64,000 bases of DNA from Balamuthia mandrillaris (taxonomy: Eukaryota): contig JAVKOQ020000003.1 of assembly GCA_031835245.2 (NCBI GenBank), positions 372,001-436,000 of the forward strand, given 5' to 3'. The translations under genes were made by a program, and so were the position numbers. Shown piece by piece: positions 1-10,907 of this stretch. How positions within the stretch are numbered: the stretch's first letter is position 1; every line of letters starts with the position of its first letter. The notes under the pieces are model-generated. The model did no database searches and had not been told where the DNA came from. It saw nothing but the letters and a program-made list of their open reading frames with translations.

Positions 1-573
1 CTGTCACAAAAAAAAGATATGCTTTCACACGTCGACATGAAAGTCGACATCAATGTGTTGCTTGGGCAGAAATTGGAGAGTTTGTGTCGACAAATTCCTT
101 CTTCCTTCTCGATTTTTTTTATTTTGTTTGGGGGGCGAGAACGCAATAGAAAAAGGGGGGAAAAAAAAAGGCTGAGTGAGAGAGCTCGTCTTGCAAGTGT
201 TCTTTCGTTTCGCTTCTTCTTCTTCTTCTTCTTCAAATCTTCTTCACTTTTTTTTTTCTGTTGCGTTGCAGGTAAGAACACAAACCCTCTTTTATTTTTC
301 ACTGTCCTGAGATCGCTTTCTCGATTGGGATTTCTCGATTTGATTTTCTCGATTGGTTCTTCCTTCTTTTATTTGTTTCTTATTTTTCAATTTTTTTCCC
401 TTCTCTCTGCTCCGAAGACAAGTCCTTTGCTTTTTTTTGTTCGCTTGACTTTTCGGATTTAATCTCTCGCTCACTCGCTCACTTCACTAACCGCTCGCTA
501 CATTTTTTTTTTGGTACAGCTTCTCAATCAATCAACAACCCACACTCAGTGAGTCACAAATCATCAAATCAGA

Positions 574-3500
574 ATGTCTGGCAAATTTTGGGGCGGCGGT
601 TCCAGCGAAGAAGAAGAGAGCGACTACTCCGAGGAGGAGGTACAAACACCCGTGCGACGACCCGGCTTTGATGAACTCGAGTCCGACGCCGAGGAGAGCG
701 AGGGGGAGCAGGAGGACAGGGAGACGGGAGAGATCGACCTGGGCTTCAGCTCCTCCTCTGAGGATGAGGGAGAGAGAGAAAAGCCCAAGAGCTTGAAGGA
801 CAAGCGCTATGAGGAAATGAACAAAATCATTGACGGTCTCTCCAATCACCTCAAGATCAACGACTGGAATGCAATCGCCGCTGGTAACTTTCTGCTTCTC
901 CCTTCTCTTTAGTGCCTCTTCCTCTCCTCTCCTCTTCCTTCTCTCTTACATCTGATTCCCAACGCTTTTTACACTCCGCTTGCCACACTTTATTTGCTCA
1001 CTCAAACACCACAAAAAAAAAGACTTTAACAACCTGGTGGCGTGGATTAAGAAGGCCAACAACATCATAAAGCAGGATGGTAAGGGCCTACCTGGCCCTT
1101 ACATCGGCACTTTGATCCGCCTGGAGGATGCCGTCACGCAGAGCGCTGGCAAGGATGCCAAGAAAAAGATGAACGCCCTCAACGCCAGAGCCTTGAACAA
1201 ATTGAAACAGTCGCTCAAGAAACACAACAAAACTTTGGAAAAGGAAATAGAAGCTTTCCTAAAGGTACAAAAGAGCTTTGTTCATTTGTTTGCTTTGAAA
1301 ACGGTTTTTAATGTTGTTAAACAACAAAAACAAATCATAAATAGAATCCGGGATCGTTTTACGTTCCAGGAGAAGAAGAAGAGCCTGAAGAACAGCAAGA
1401 GGATGGTGAGGATGGAGCCTCTAAAACATCAGCAGGAGGAAACTGGGGTGACCTCGTTTCTGATGACGAAGAGGGAGATGCCGCAGCCGATGAAGACGAA
1501 TGGAATGTCGCAGGAGCCAAGAAGCGACCCAGAAAGAGAGGAGCCAAAGGACCTGGCCCCGCCACTGCTGCTGCGACTAGTGGAGCCCCTCAACCAGTCG
1601 TCTGGACGGATGAGTTGGTCCAGAAGAAGTTGAACGAGCTGATGAAGGAACGTGGCCGGAAACGAACGGACTCTAAGAAGCTCGTTGAGAGGCTGAAGGA
1701 GCTCCTGAGCAAAGCTACCACTAATCAGAGGAAAGTGGAGATCAACGTCATGATCCTCTCCTGCATGTTCGAGCCGACATCTGCCAACCTCACCAAGTCC
1801 ATGTCCGTGCAGGAGTGGAAGAACTGCATCGAGCTGATGAGAAAGGTGCTGCGTCTGCTCGAGTCGGACAAGTCCGTGAAGCTCACTGAGACGCGCTCCC
1901 GCGATTTGGCCGCTGAGGAGACCGCCCAGGAAGAGGCCGGTGCTGGCGATGAGTCTTCTCAGACCCTCGTCCTTAACAACCTGCGAGCCTTCATCAACCA
2001 ACTCGACGCCGAGTTCAGCAAATCCCTCCAGAACCTGGACCCCCACAGCTTTGAGTACCTAGAGAGGCTTACGAACGAGGAGCTGCTGCTGAGCATTGCG
2101 GCGGAGGTACAAAAATACTACGAGACCATCGGAGACGTGGAGCAGGCCGCCAGAACCGCCATGAAGCGAGTGGAGCACCTTTACTACAAAAACGAGTCCT
2201 GGCAGGAGAGGTTCGAGGAGGCTTATCGTGCCAAAGCCTTGCTCAAGGGCCGTGCTGCGGCTGCGGCCAAGGCCGAGCGATTAGCGGAGAAGGAGAAGTT
2301 GCTTCAACAACAGCAACAACAGGAGGGTGGCAGTGGTGCTGCCGCTGTTCCTACCACCAGCGAGGAAGAAAAGAAGAAAGAGGAAGACAAAGAAAAGGAA
2401 GAGACCAAGAAGGCCGAAGCAAGCCCTTCTTCGGCGCCAGCAACAACGGAGGGAGAGAAAACTGCAGAGGCCATCGAGAAAGAGTTTCACTTGTTGGAGG
2501 TAAGCAAGCACGACTACACCAAGGAGCTCGAAGACTTGTGCCACCTTATCTACAACCACGGTGATCAGCGCCTCAAAGCTCGCGCCCTCCTCTGCCATGT
2601 CTACCACCATGCCATCCATGAGCGCTATCACCAGGCTAGGGACCTCCTCCTCATGAGCCATATCCAGGACAACGTGCAACACATGGACATTCCCACTCAA
2701 ATCTTCTTCAACCGAGCGATGGTGCAGCTGGGCCTCTGCGCCTTCCGCGCCGGTTCCATCCAGGAGGCTCACTCCTGCCTGGCCGACATTTGCAGCAGCA
2801 GCAAGACCAGGGAGTACCTCGCCCAGGGTATCTCCTCTGCCAGCCGCTTTGGCCAGCAGGACGCCAAGACCGCTGAGCAGGAAAAGATGGAGAAGAAGCG
2901 GCAGGTGCCCCACCACCAGCACATCCCCTTGGAGCTGCTCGAGACAGTTCATCTCACGGCCGCCTTGTTGCTTGAGGTGCCTCACCGCGCTGCCCACCCG
3001 TTTGACGTGCGTGGCCCAAAGGTCATCTCCCGCGCGTTCAAGAGGCTTCTCGACATTGAGAATCGCCAGCCCTTCCGCGGACCCCCTGAGAACACCAGGG
3101 ACCACTGCATCCAGGCCGCCAGGCACCTCCAACAAGGCCGCTGGCAAAAGGCTGAGGAGTTGCTCCTCTCCCTCCCCGCCTGGAAGTTGCTTATTCAGCA
3201 GGGCTCTCCTTCCAACCTTCCCTGTGCCACCCAATACACCGACGCGATGGAAGGTCTCAAAGCCATGCTGCGACGGAAGATCCAGGAAGAAGGCCTCCGC
3301 ACCTACATCTTCACCTACAGCCGCTACTACGACTCGATGAGCCTGGAGGAGCTGTCGCTTCTCTTTGAGCTGCCCAAGCCTGCCGTGCACAGCATCCTCA
3401 GCAAGATGATGATCAACCAGGAGCTGCACGCTAGCTGGGACCAGCCTAGCGGCTCCCTGCTCCTCCACAAGGTGGAGCCCAGCCGATTGCAGTACCTTGC

Positions 3501-3951
3501 CCTCCAGTTTGCTGACAAGGCCAGCATGTTTGTGGAGAGCAACGAGCGATTGATGGACGCACGTACCGGTGGCTATGGTTACAGCAAACAAGAAGGTGGC
3601 AAACAGGAAGGCGGTGCTGCGGGAGAACATCGTGAAAGAGGCGAAAGGGGAGAGAGGGGAAGTGGCGGAGGAGGAAGGGGAGGAAGGCGGCAGTATGGCA
3701 ATCAAGGAGGCAGTGGCGGTGGAAGAGGAGGTGACGGCAGAAAAGACGGCGAGGGAGGCAGACGCGGTGGCGGTGGCCGTAATCGTGGTGGCCGTGGAGG
3801 TCGGGGAAAGGTTTGTTTTTTCCCTCCTCTCTCTCGTTTCTCTCTTCTCTCATTGATTTCTGGTCCTTACTTTTTTATTCTCTCAAAACTTTAGTCAAGA
3901 GGAGGCTATAACAATAGGGGCCGTGGCGGCGGCGGTGATCGCCGAGGATAA
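574..3951 (+). CDS. EIF3C: Eukaryotic translation initiation factor 3 subunit C (exons approx. 574-883, 1023-1264, 1345-3810, 3895-3951)
   Basis: N-terminal KSLKDKRYEEM..HLKINDW motif; core HARALLCHVYHHA-like segment, QIFFNRAMVQLGLCAFRAG, GPPENTRDH; PCI-domain end SKMMINQELHASWDQ; RGG tail. GT-AG introns join the ORFs in frame. A probable 5'UTR intron lies at 272-519 with a CACTAAC branch site. Confidence 0.95.
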
Positions 3952-4246
3952 ACAAAGAGAAACACAACAAAAACAAAGAACCACTGCTCAGCTACCTAGC
4001 CTTCCATTTCTCCCCCTGGAACCACCACCAATTTCGAACCCATCTTGTTAACATGGAACTTTTAAATACATGTTACCTTTTTCCTTTTAAACTCTTTCCT
4101 TCTTCGTTCTCTCTGCTCTCTGCTCTCTGCTCTTTGCCCCCTTCCTTCCTCCCCGTTCTTCCTTTCCTCTCCAACAAAAGGAGAGGGATAAAAACCTGAG
4201 TGTAGCCGATTGGAGTCGAACCGAGTGGTTTCCTGAGACGAAGGAC

Positions 4247-5168
4247 ATGAGCGAGGACAAGAGAGACCACCCAAAACAGTATGTTAAAATAGCGACAATG
4301 GAAAAGAAGAAAGAAGAGGAAGGAAAGGCCATGCAGCGGCCACACGGGGAAGAAGAGTTGAAAGGTAAACATAAACCACATATGCTCGTTCGTGCTCTCT
4401 CTCTCTCTCTCTCTCTCTTGCTTGTCCTCCTCTACGAACGTTCTCACTTAAAAAAAACAGCCTTTTGGGCAGCGCTCGTCGCAGGAGACGTTGATGCAGT
4501 TCAGCAACAGCTCACACAGCAACCTGCTTTAGTCGGTGCCCGTTTCCTTTGTTCTCACCTCGGTCCACAACGCGCCGTCGCCACGGACGAAGAAGAATGG
4601 AAGCAGCTGGAAGCAGGCGAGCCAACGCCTCTCATTTTGGCCGTCAAATTGTTGCTCGAGGACATGGTCCGCGCTCTGCTCTCCACCTCCCCATGCTTGC
4701 TGTCGGCAAAAGATCAGCTCGGAAACACCGCCCTTCATTATGCCGTCACGGCTGAGGTTGCTGGCGAAGAGGGGGAGGAAGAGGAGGAAGAGGAGGAAGA
4801 GGAAGGAGAAGCAGAGGAGGAGAAGGAAAAAGAAGGGAGCAGTGGTGGTCCAGAAGAGAAGACGAAAGAACAGAGGAGGCGGAGGAAGAAGAGAGCGAAA
4901 GGACCGTATTTAGCGTATTTGTTGGTGGAGCATGGGGCGGACCTTTATGTGGAGAATAGGAAGGGATGGACGCCGTTGGACCTGGCTTCAGCTCGTCTTC
5001 GTAAAGTTATTCTTGGTTTGTGTTTTATCTCCCTTTCTCTCGTTCTTTCTCGTTCTTTTGCTCTTTCGTTGATGAAAGTGGTCTCATAGAAACTCCTTAT
5101 AATAACAGAAGCTGCGCAGTCTTATCGTGAACAAAGTCTCTCTCATCTGCTTTTGTTCTTCTTTGCTG

Positions 5169-5199
<31 letters not shown>

Positions 5200-5657
5200 T
5201 CTATGCTTCTATGCTTCTATGCTTCTCTCTCTGTCTCTTTCGCTCTCTCTGACAAAAACAAACAACAGAACAGACAAGTGCAGAGCAAACAACAGTGGAA
5301 GAAGATGGAATGGAGGGAGGACGGCCGGGAAAGATCTCCCAGTTTGTCATACGAGCTAAAAACGGGTTTGCACGCCCTCAATCTAAAGGTGGAGATACCT
5401 TTCGCGTTCGTGTTACTGTGGACGATCCACGCTCTTTGTCTTCTTCGCAACGGGAGGAAGAATTGGAGATGTGTAAAGCCACTGTGGAAGACGGAAACGA
5501 TGGCACTTACCTAGTATCTTATCGCCCGCTGATACCTGGAATTCATCGCATTCATGTCGCATTGGACGTGGCGGGGACATCTCCATCGCAACCGACGCAA
5601 CAAGTGCCCATCTCTGGCAGTCCTTTCGTTACTTTTGTTTCAGCTGGTTTTCTTATC

Positions 5658-5701
<44 letters not shown>

Positions 5702-6518
5702 ACTCCTTCTTTCTCAACTTGTTAACCCAAAACTAAAACACGCAAAACAGAATACGAAGACTTGATAAACGTGTTGATAGACTCATGGCGCCAAAACAAA
5801 GAGTTGGAGCAGCGCTTAGCTGAAGGAAGCTCCAAACTAGAGATAGCTCGCAAAGACAGAGAACAACTTCACGAGGAGCGGAAAACTCTGCAACAGCAAC
5901 TAGAAGACGCAAAGAATAAAGCCTACTCTGCCGTGAAACTTGCCAAAGAGCAATACCAAAAAGTGGAACAGCTACAGAGGGCCATCGATGCAAAGGGAGA
6001 TGGACAACGCCGGTTCGAGTTGACGGCCGGTTCTGCTTCTTCCTCTGATGGTTTGTCCTCTCTTTTGCTCTCTTTGTTGTCTTTGTTTGGAACTTAACGA
6101 GCTCTTGAACTCAGTATTAAAGCAGGATTGGTTGGTAAAACGGGGCACCAAAGTCCAAAACTGGAAGAAGCGCTATGCCATCCTCTTTGGCACGGGCCAG
6201 CTGGAGTACTTTGAGTCCAAAGGCAGCTTGGACCTCAAGCAGGCCGTGCAAGTGAGAGAAGTGGAACAGAGCAGCATCAGCGGTGGGGGCGGCGTTTCCA
6301 AAAGGGATCTTCTTGCCGCTGCTGCTGCTTCTTCTTCTCTCACTTCCTCCTCTTTTGCCAAAGTGATTGCCATCGATCTCCCTGGAAGACAGTATCTACT
6401 TCGGATGATCACGGAAGAGGCGCACAACGGATGGCTTTACACCTTGCAACAAATCATCTCCACTCGCAAAAGAAGAAACAACAACAATGAAGAACAACAA
6501 CAGAAAACAGGTTCGTAA
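4247..6518 (+). CDS. Multi-exon ankyrin-repeat + filamin-type Ig + coiled-coil + PH domain protein
   Basis: Ankyrin motifs GNTALHYAV and GWTPLDLA; filamin repeat (SQFVIRAK..GGDTFRV..DGNDGTYLVSYRP..ISGSPF); coiled coil at 5762-6000; PH domain (KQDWLVKRG..NWKKRY..WLYTLQ). Confidence 0.8.
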
Positions 6519-6607
6519 TATTTAAAAAATACAAAAAGAAACACAAAAAGAAACACAGAAACCTTTTTTTTTTTGTTTTCGCTTCCTTGTGAGGTTGTTC
6601 TTGTTCT

Positions 6608-8701
6608 TTATTCTTCCCAGTCGCTGTCATCGTCGCTGTCGTCGTCATCTTCGCTGTCGCTGAATTCCATGGCCACGCGACGAGCCAAGATGGCGGCGAT
6701 GTTAATGCCACCGCCAGAGTCAAGGCTGGGCTTCTGCTCTCTCTTCAGCTGCTCCGTTTTCTTGAGCTTGAGGCCCGTTTGGATCTGTTGCAAGAGGCCG
6801 GAACGCTTGTCTTCGATCTGTGGAGCCACCATTTGAACGGGAGCACTGCCACCGCCGGCAGGTGGAGGTGGAGGAGGAGCAGCTGCAGAGGGAGGAGGGG
6901 GAGCGGCTGGCGCAGAGGGAGGAGGAGGGGCGGAGGGAGCGGAGGGAGCTGGAGGTGCAGCTGGTGGAGGGGAGGGAATGGAGAATTTTTTGGGTTCGGG
7001 AGGAGGAGGTGCAGCTGGCGCAGGTGGAGGGGTAGCAGGCGGAGCAGGGGTGGCAGCAGGAGCGGGAGGAGCAGAGGCAGGAGGAGCAGGAGCAGGAACG
7101 GAGGATGGAGGTGCTGGAGCATCAGCAGGAGTGGGTGTGAAAGGAGGGGAAGGAGTGGGAGAGGGAGAGGAAGAATCGATGGCAGCGGTGCTGCTGCTGA
7201 GCTTGGAGCTCTTTTTCTTAGTCTTGGAGGGAGAGGTAGACTTCTTGCCGGAGGACTTGGTGCTCTTCTTCTTCTTCTTCTCCACGTCTTTGCTGCTGGA
7301 GTTCTTCCTCTTCGTTTTGGTCGATTTCTTTTTAGAAGCTGAGAGCGACTCTGTAGAAGCCGGGGCGGAAGCAGGAGCAGCAGGGACAGCAGCAGGAGAG
7401 GGAGCGGATGCGCCTTTCGGAGAGCGAGGCGAGGGCAACTCTCCAGGAGCATGTTGAGGCAATGCTGCATCCCCCGGACGTTGAATGTACGAGGCGTCCG
7501 ATGGCGGAGGAGGCAAAGCCGAAATAGGAGCTCCTGCAGCTGCTGCTAAAGTGGCGTTGGTTTGAGAAGGAGGGGCTGGAATAGAGTACATCGATTGCAC
7601 AACTCTTCTTGTACCAACTCCACCAGAGCTAGTTCCTACCCCGGAAGAGGGGGCAGTAGGGGCGACGGGAGGGGAGACCGCTGCTGTGGATGGAGCAGAA
7701 GATGGGATATAGGTCGAGGTGACCATCTTCCTTCCTGCTCCAATGGAATCCATAGAGGTGCTGGTGGTCTGAACCGTGGGAACTTGCTTGGTCGCCGGGC
7801 GTGAATAGTGAGAAACCGGACGAGCCCAAGGATTGGAAGCGTTTGATGACTGAGCAACCACAGGTGAGGAGGGCAAGGAGGTCGCCCCACCAGAGGGACC
7901 TCTCGACCTGGGAGCAGCCGGCCCGTTGCCAGCTTCCTCCTCCCCTTCTTCTATCTTCTCTCCCCACTGGTTCCATCGCGTGACCTTGAGTTTCTGCACG
8001 TTGACCTCTTGGGTAGTCTTTGGCAAGCCCTTGCTGGCCGCTTTCTTCTTCCTCTTGTCTCGCTTTTCGCGGCGCTTCCTGGCCTCCCTGGCCTGTAGCT
8101 CCTGCTCTTTCAGCCACTCCTCGATGAAGAAGTCGGGGTTGGTGTAGAGCTTGAGGCAGCTCTGGCCGTCAGGCATGTACTCCCTCAACTGGTCCACGTC
8201 AGGAGGGGGCTCCGTCTTAGAGTGAACCGCCTTCAAGGTTTCTGAGCGACTGACCTGCGTGAAGAGCTGAGCGGACTCGTCCCTGGTGCTGGCGAAGCTG
8301 AAGCTGGCGTTGTTGATGAAGACCTGGCCAGGGGCAGTGGCGACGTAGTCGGAGAGGGCGGGTACGAACTCCTCAGCGGCGGTGATGCGGTCGGAGAGGA
8401 GGCGCATGCGGGACTCGGTTTGCGAGAGGGATTGGGTGAGGTTGGAGAAGAGGTCCGAGGCATGGCGCAGGAGGTCGCTCATCTGGCCGAGGAGCCCCGT
8501 GGCGGCGTGGGTGTGGCACGCCCGCAGCTGCTTCTGTTGGGCGTTGCCGCAGGAGGAGAGGGCGTCCACCAGGTCGTCGATGCTGCTGTAGTCCTGGCGA
8601 GGGCCGACATGACGCAGGGAGTTGGCGCTGTAGGGAGGGGGCGGTGCACGAAATGGTGTTTTCGAAGTCGACGCCGCGGCGTCCGATGAAGAGGACGCCA
8701 T
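6608..8701 (-). CDS. scrA: SCAR/WAVE family actin nucleation-promoting factor (intronless)
   Basis: SCAR homology domain (LLGQMSDLLRHASDLF..CLKLYTNPDFFIEEW), basic region, poly-proline region, WH2 (RSGLLQQIQTGLKLKK), central ILARRVAME and acidic tail ending DWEE. Confidence 0.92.
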   Translation of the reverse strand: MASSSSDAAASTSKTPFRAPPPPYSANSLRHVGPRQDYSSIDDLVDALSSCGNAQQKQLRACHTHAATGLLGQMSDLLRHASDLFSNLTQSLSQTESRMRLLSDRITAAEEFVPALSDYVATAPGQVFINNASFSFASTRDESAQLFTQVSRSETLKAVHSKTEPPPDVDQLREYMPDGQSCLKLYTNPDFFIEEWLKEQELQAREARKRREKRDKRKKKAASKGLPKTTQEVNVQKLKVTRWNQWGEKIEEGEEEAGNGPAAPRSRGPSGGATSLPSSPVVAQSSNASNPWARPVSHYSRPATKQVPTVQTTSTSMDSIGAGRKMVTSTYIPSSAPSTAAVSPPVAPTAPSSGVGTSSGGVGTRRVVQSMYSIPAPPSQTNATLAAAAGAPISALPPPPSDASYIQRPGDAALPQHAPGELPSPRSPKGASAPSPAAVPAAPASAPASTESLSASKKKSTKTKRKNSSSKDVEKKKKKSTKSSGKKSTSPSKTKKKSSKLSSSTAAIDSSSPSPTPSPPFTPTPADAPAPPSSVPAPAPPASAPPAPAATPAPPATPPPAPAAPPPPEPKKFSIPSPPPAAPPAPSAPSAPPPPSAPAAPPPPSAAAPPPPPPAGGGSAPVQMVAPQIEDKRSGLLQQIQTGLKLKKTEQLKREQKPSLDSGGGINIAAILARRVAMEFSDSEDDDDSDDDSDWEE

Positions 8702-9267
8702 TGCTATTTCGAGTTTTTTTTTGTTGCCGTGAGGGGATGTTCGCTTGTTTAATGTTTGTGAGTGGAGAGTAACGGTGCTAACAATTTTGGGGAGAAAAAA
8801 ATGGCCAAGTCAAAACTTTCAGCGTTGCGTTACCTGCGCATTAGATTGGGCCAATAATGAATTCGTAAGGAACCCGCGGTTCGGAGTTTAAATCAGGAAT
8901 GCAAAGAATGTCAAGCCGCCCTGCCACGGAATTTTCGAGACGGAAATTCAGGCGAAAGTGCCATGCGGCGATTTCGTCGACATTCCGCACGAAAGGAAGA
9001 AAAAGGGGAAAGCGGAAAAGGGAAGAACAAGACAATCCCTGCAGAAAACACGAGGAATGGACGTCTTGGGGGGGGGGGGGATAAATAACGAAACTTCGGT
9101 TGGGTTTGGAACGTTTTATTCTTATTTTTTTCTTCTCTCTCTCTTTTGTCTTTGACAGAGAACGTTTCCAGGACAAAACAACTTGTTATTTGACTACCTT
9201 CCATTGATTTTCAGCATCTTTTCTTGTTGTCCCCCCACCACCTATTTTTTTTTGTTTGTTTGACGTG

Positions 9268-9972
9268 ATGGCCCAAGCAGCGCTCTTTCATCCGTTCTGC
9301 TGTCCGACAATGAACACCACCACGACCGAGAGCTTTGCGCTCCCCTCGTCTGCTTCCTCTTCTTCTTTCGTTGGCGGTTGGACCTCCTCCTCTTCTCACA
9401 ACAACGCCCAAAACAACAGCACCGCCATGAACATGATGAACCTGAACCTGGGCAACAACAACACCTTTGATTATAATCCCTTTCAAGCCCCTTCCCCTAC
9501 GTTTTGTAGAAGACGCTCCGCTGCCCCCTTTGGCTTTCAGCCGACAATGGCGGCAGTGGAGGAGGAAACCAAAAGGAGATTCGGAGGAAAGAGAACAAGG
9601 GAGATGGCGGAGGAGGAGGAAGTAGAGGAGGTGGAGGAGAATGAGTCGCCACAACCACAGGCGGTGGAAGGGATGAGCGTGGTGACGACGGAGGAGGAAG
9701 AACCTGGGCCAAGAAAGCGGACGAGAATGTACAAGAGCGAACAGAGCGTGCACAAGCCAACCTCCCTGGCCCTGGTGGTCTACAGCCCGCCAGCCGGGAT
9801 TTTGGAAGAGGCCGTTCGCAGAGAACAAGCCGCACAACAACAGCAACAACAACTGCACAAACTGAGAGGCAGAACGTGGAGCGAGGAGGAGGAAGAGGAA
9901 GAAGAGGAGCCGGGAATGATGGCGGCCACAACGGTGAGCGCTGGCGTGGGCGGATTTGGGTGGAGTGTATAA
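9268..9972 (+). CDS. Hypothetical low-complexity protein with NLS-like motifs
   Basis: Open GC-rich frame between AT-rich flanks, divergent from SCAR; KRTR and RKRTR motifs and LALVVYSP; start codon uncertain. Confidence 0.55.
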   Translation: MAQAALFHPFCCPTMNTTTTESFALPSSASSSSFVGGWTSSSSHNNAQNNSTAMNMMNLNLGNNNTFDYNPFQAPSPTFCRRRSAAPFGFQPTMAAVEEETKRRFGGKRTREMAEEEEVEEVEENESPQPQAVEGMSVVTTEEEEPGPRKRTRMYKSEQSVHKPTSLALVVYSPPAGILEEAVRREQAAQQQQQQLHKLRGRTWSEEEEEEEEEPGMMAATTVSAGVGGFGWSV

Positions 9973-10907
9973 AAGTGGGTGAAAGGGAGAAGAAGCGCTC
10001 AGGAAAGGGGGGAAAGGACAAATGCTGTTTGGCAAGCGCTGCCCTATTCGCTTTTGTTGCTTTCTTTTTTTGTAAATTTTTTCATTTCCCTTTATTTGAT
10101 GTCGACATATTTCAACCAATGAAAAATCAGAGGTCAAAAACATCCGAATGACCTGACCAATCACGCCCTGTCGACAAGTCACTCTTGAAGTTTCCTGAAG
10201 TGTCGACAATTAAACGTGCCAAACCAAAAAAAAAATTAAAACCCTTTTTATGGAAAAGTTGACAAATTTTTATTAACAACCAAAAAAAAAAAAGGGACGA
10301 AAAGAAAAAAATAAAAAGGAGAAGAAAGAAGAAAGAGAGGCCGAACGGTTGATTCCGTTTTTTTTTTTAAAGAAATAATTGTTTGTATTTTTTTTTCTCC
10401 TTCTTCTTGGGAAACAAACGCGGAAAGGAAACGCACGCAGGTTGTTTTTTTTTTTTTTTGAAAAAAAAAACCCTTTCTTTTTTTCAAAAGAAAAGAAATC
10501 TGCACAACCTCCACCTTCTTTTTTTTTCTCCCCCTTCCCAAAGTTTGGATCTTCCCTCAACAAAGGGAACTTACGCAGCCAAAAGGCTTTTTACGTTGAA
10601 CTTGTACGTCCCTCTCTTTCTGCGTCGTAATTACGAGTTTTGCTACCTTTTTTGTATTTATTTTTTGTCTGCTATTTTTTTTATTCCACATCTTTTTTTT
10701 CCTCGCTCTCTTCTTCTCTCTGTTTTTTTTTTTTTCCTCGATTCACCTCATCATCATCTTCATCCCTTCCTTTTCTTTCTCTCCATCTTTTTCTTGTGAT
10801 GTTGCTACCCATTTTTTTTTTTGCGATTCGCTTCTAGGAATCTTCTCTGCTGACCCCTCGAACAAACACACACAGATTTCTATGCACCCCCACCTCCCCT
10901 CCTCTTT

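Noticed and set aside
2281..3705. Long antisense ORFs (also 56486-57499, 6978-7457, 49819-50535)
   Set aside because: Shadows of GC-rich coding sequence on the opposite strand with no recognisable motifs.
9760..9795. LALVVYSP as evidence for a CCDC117-like protein
   Set aside because: Motif too short to assign a family without an HMM search.
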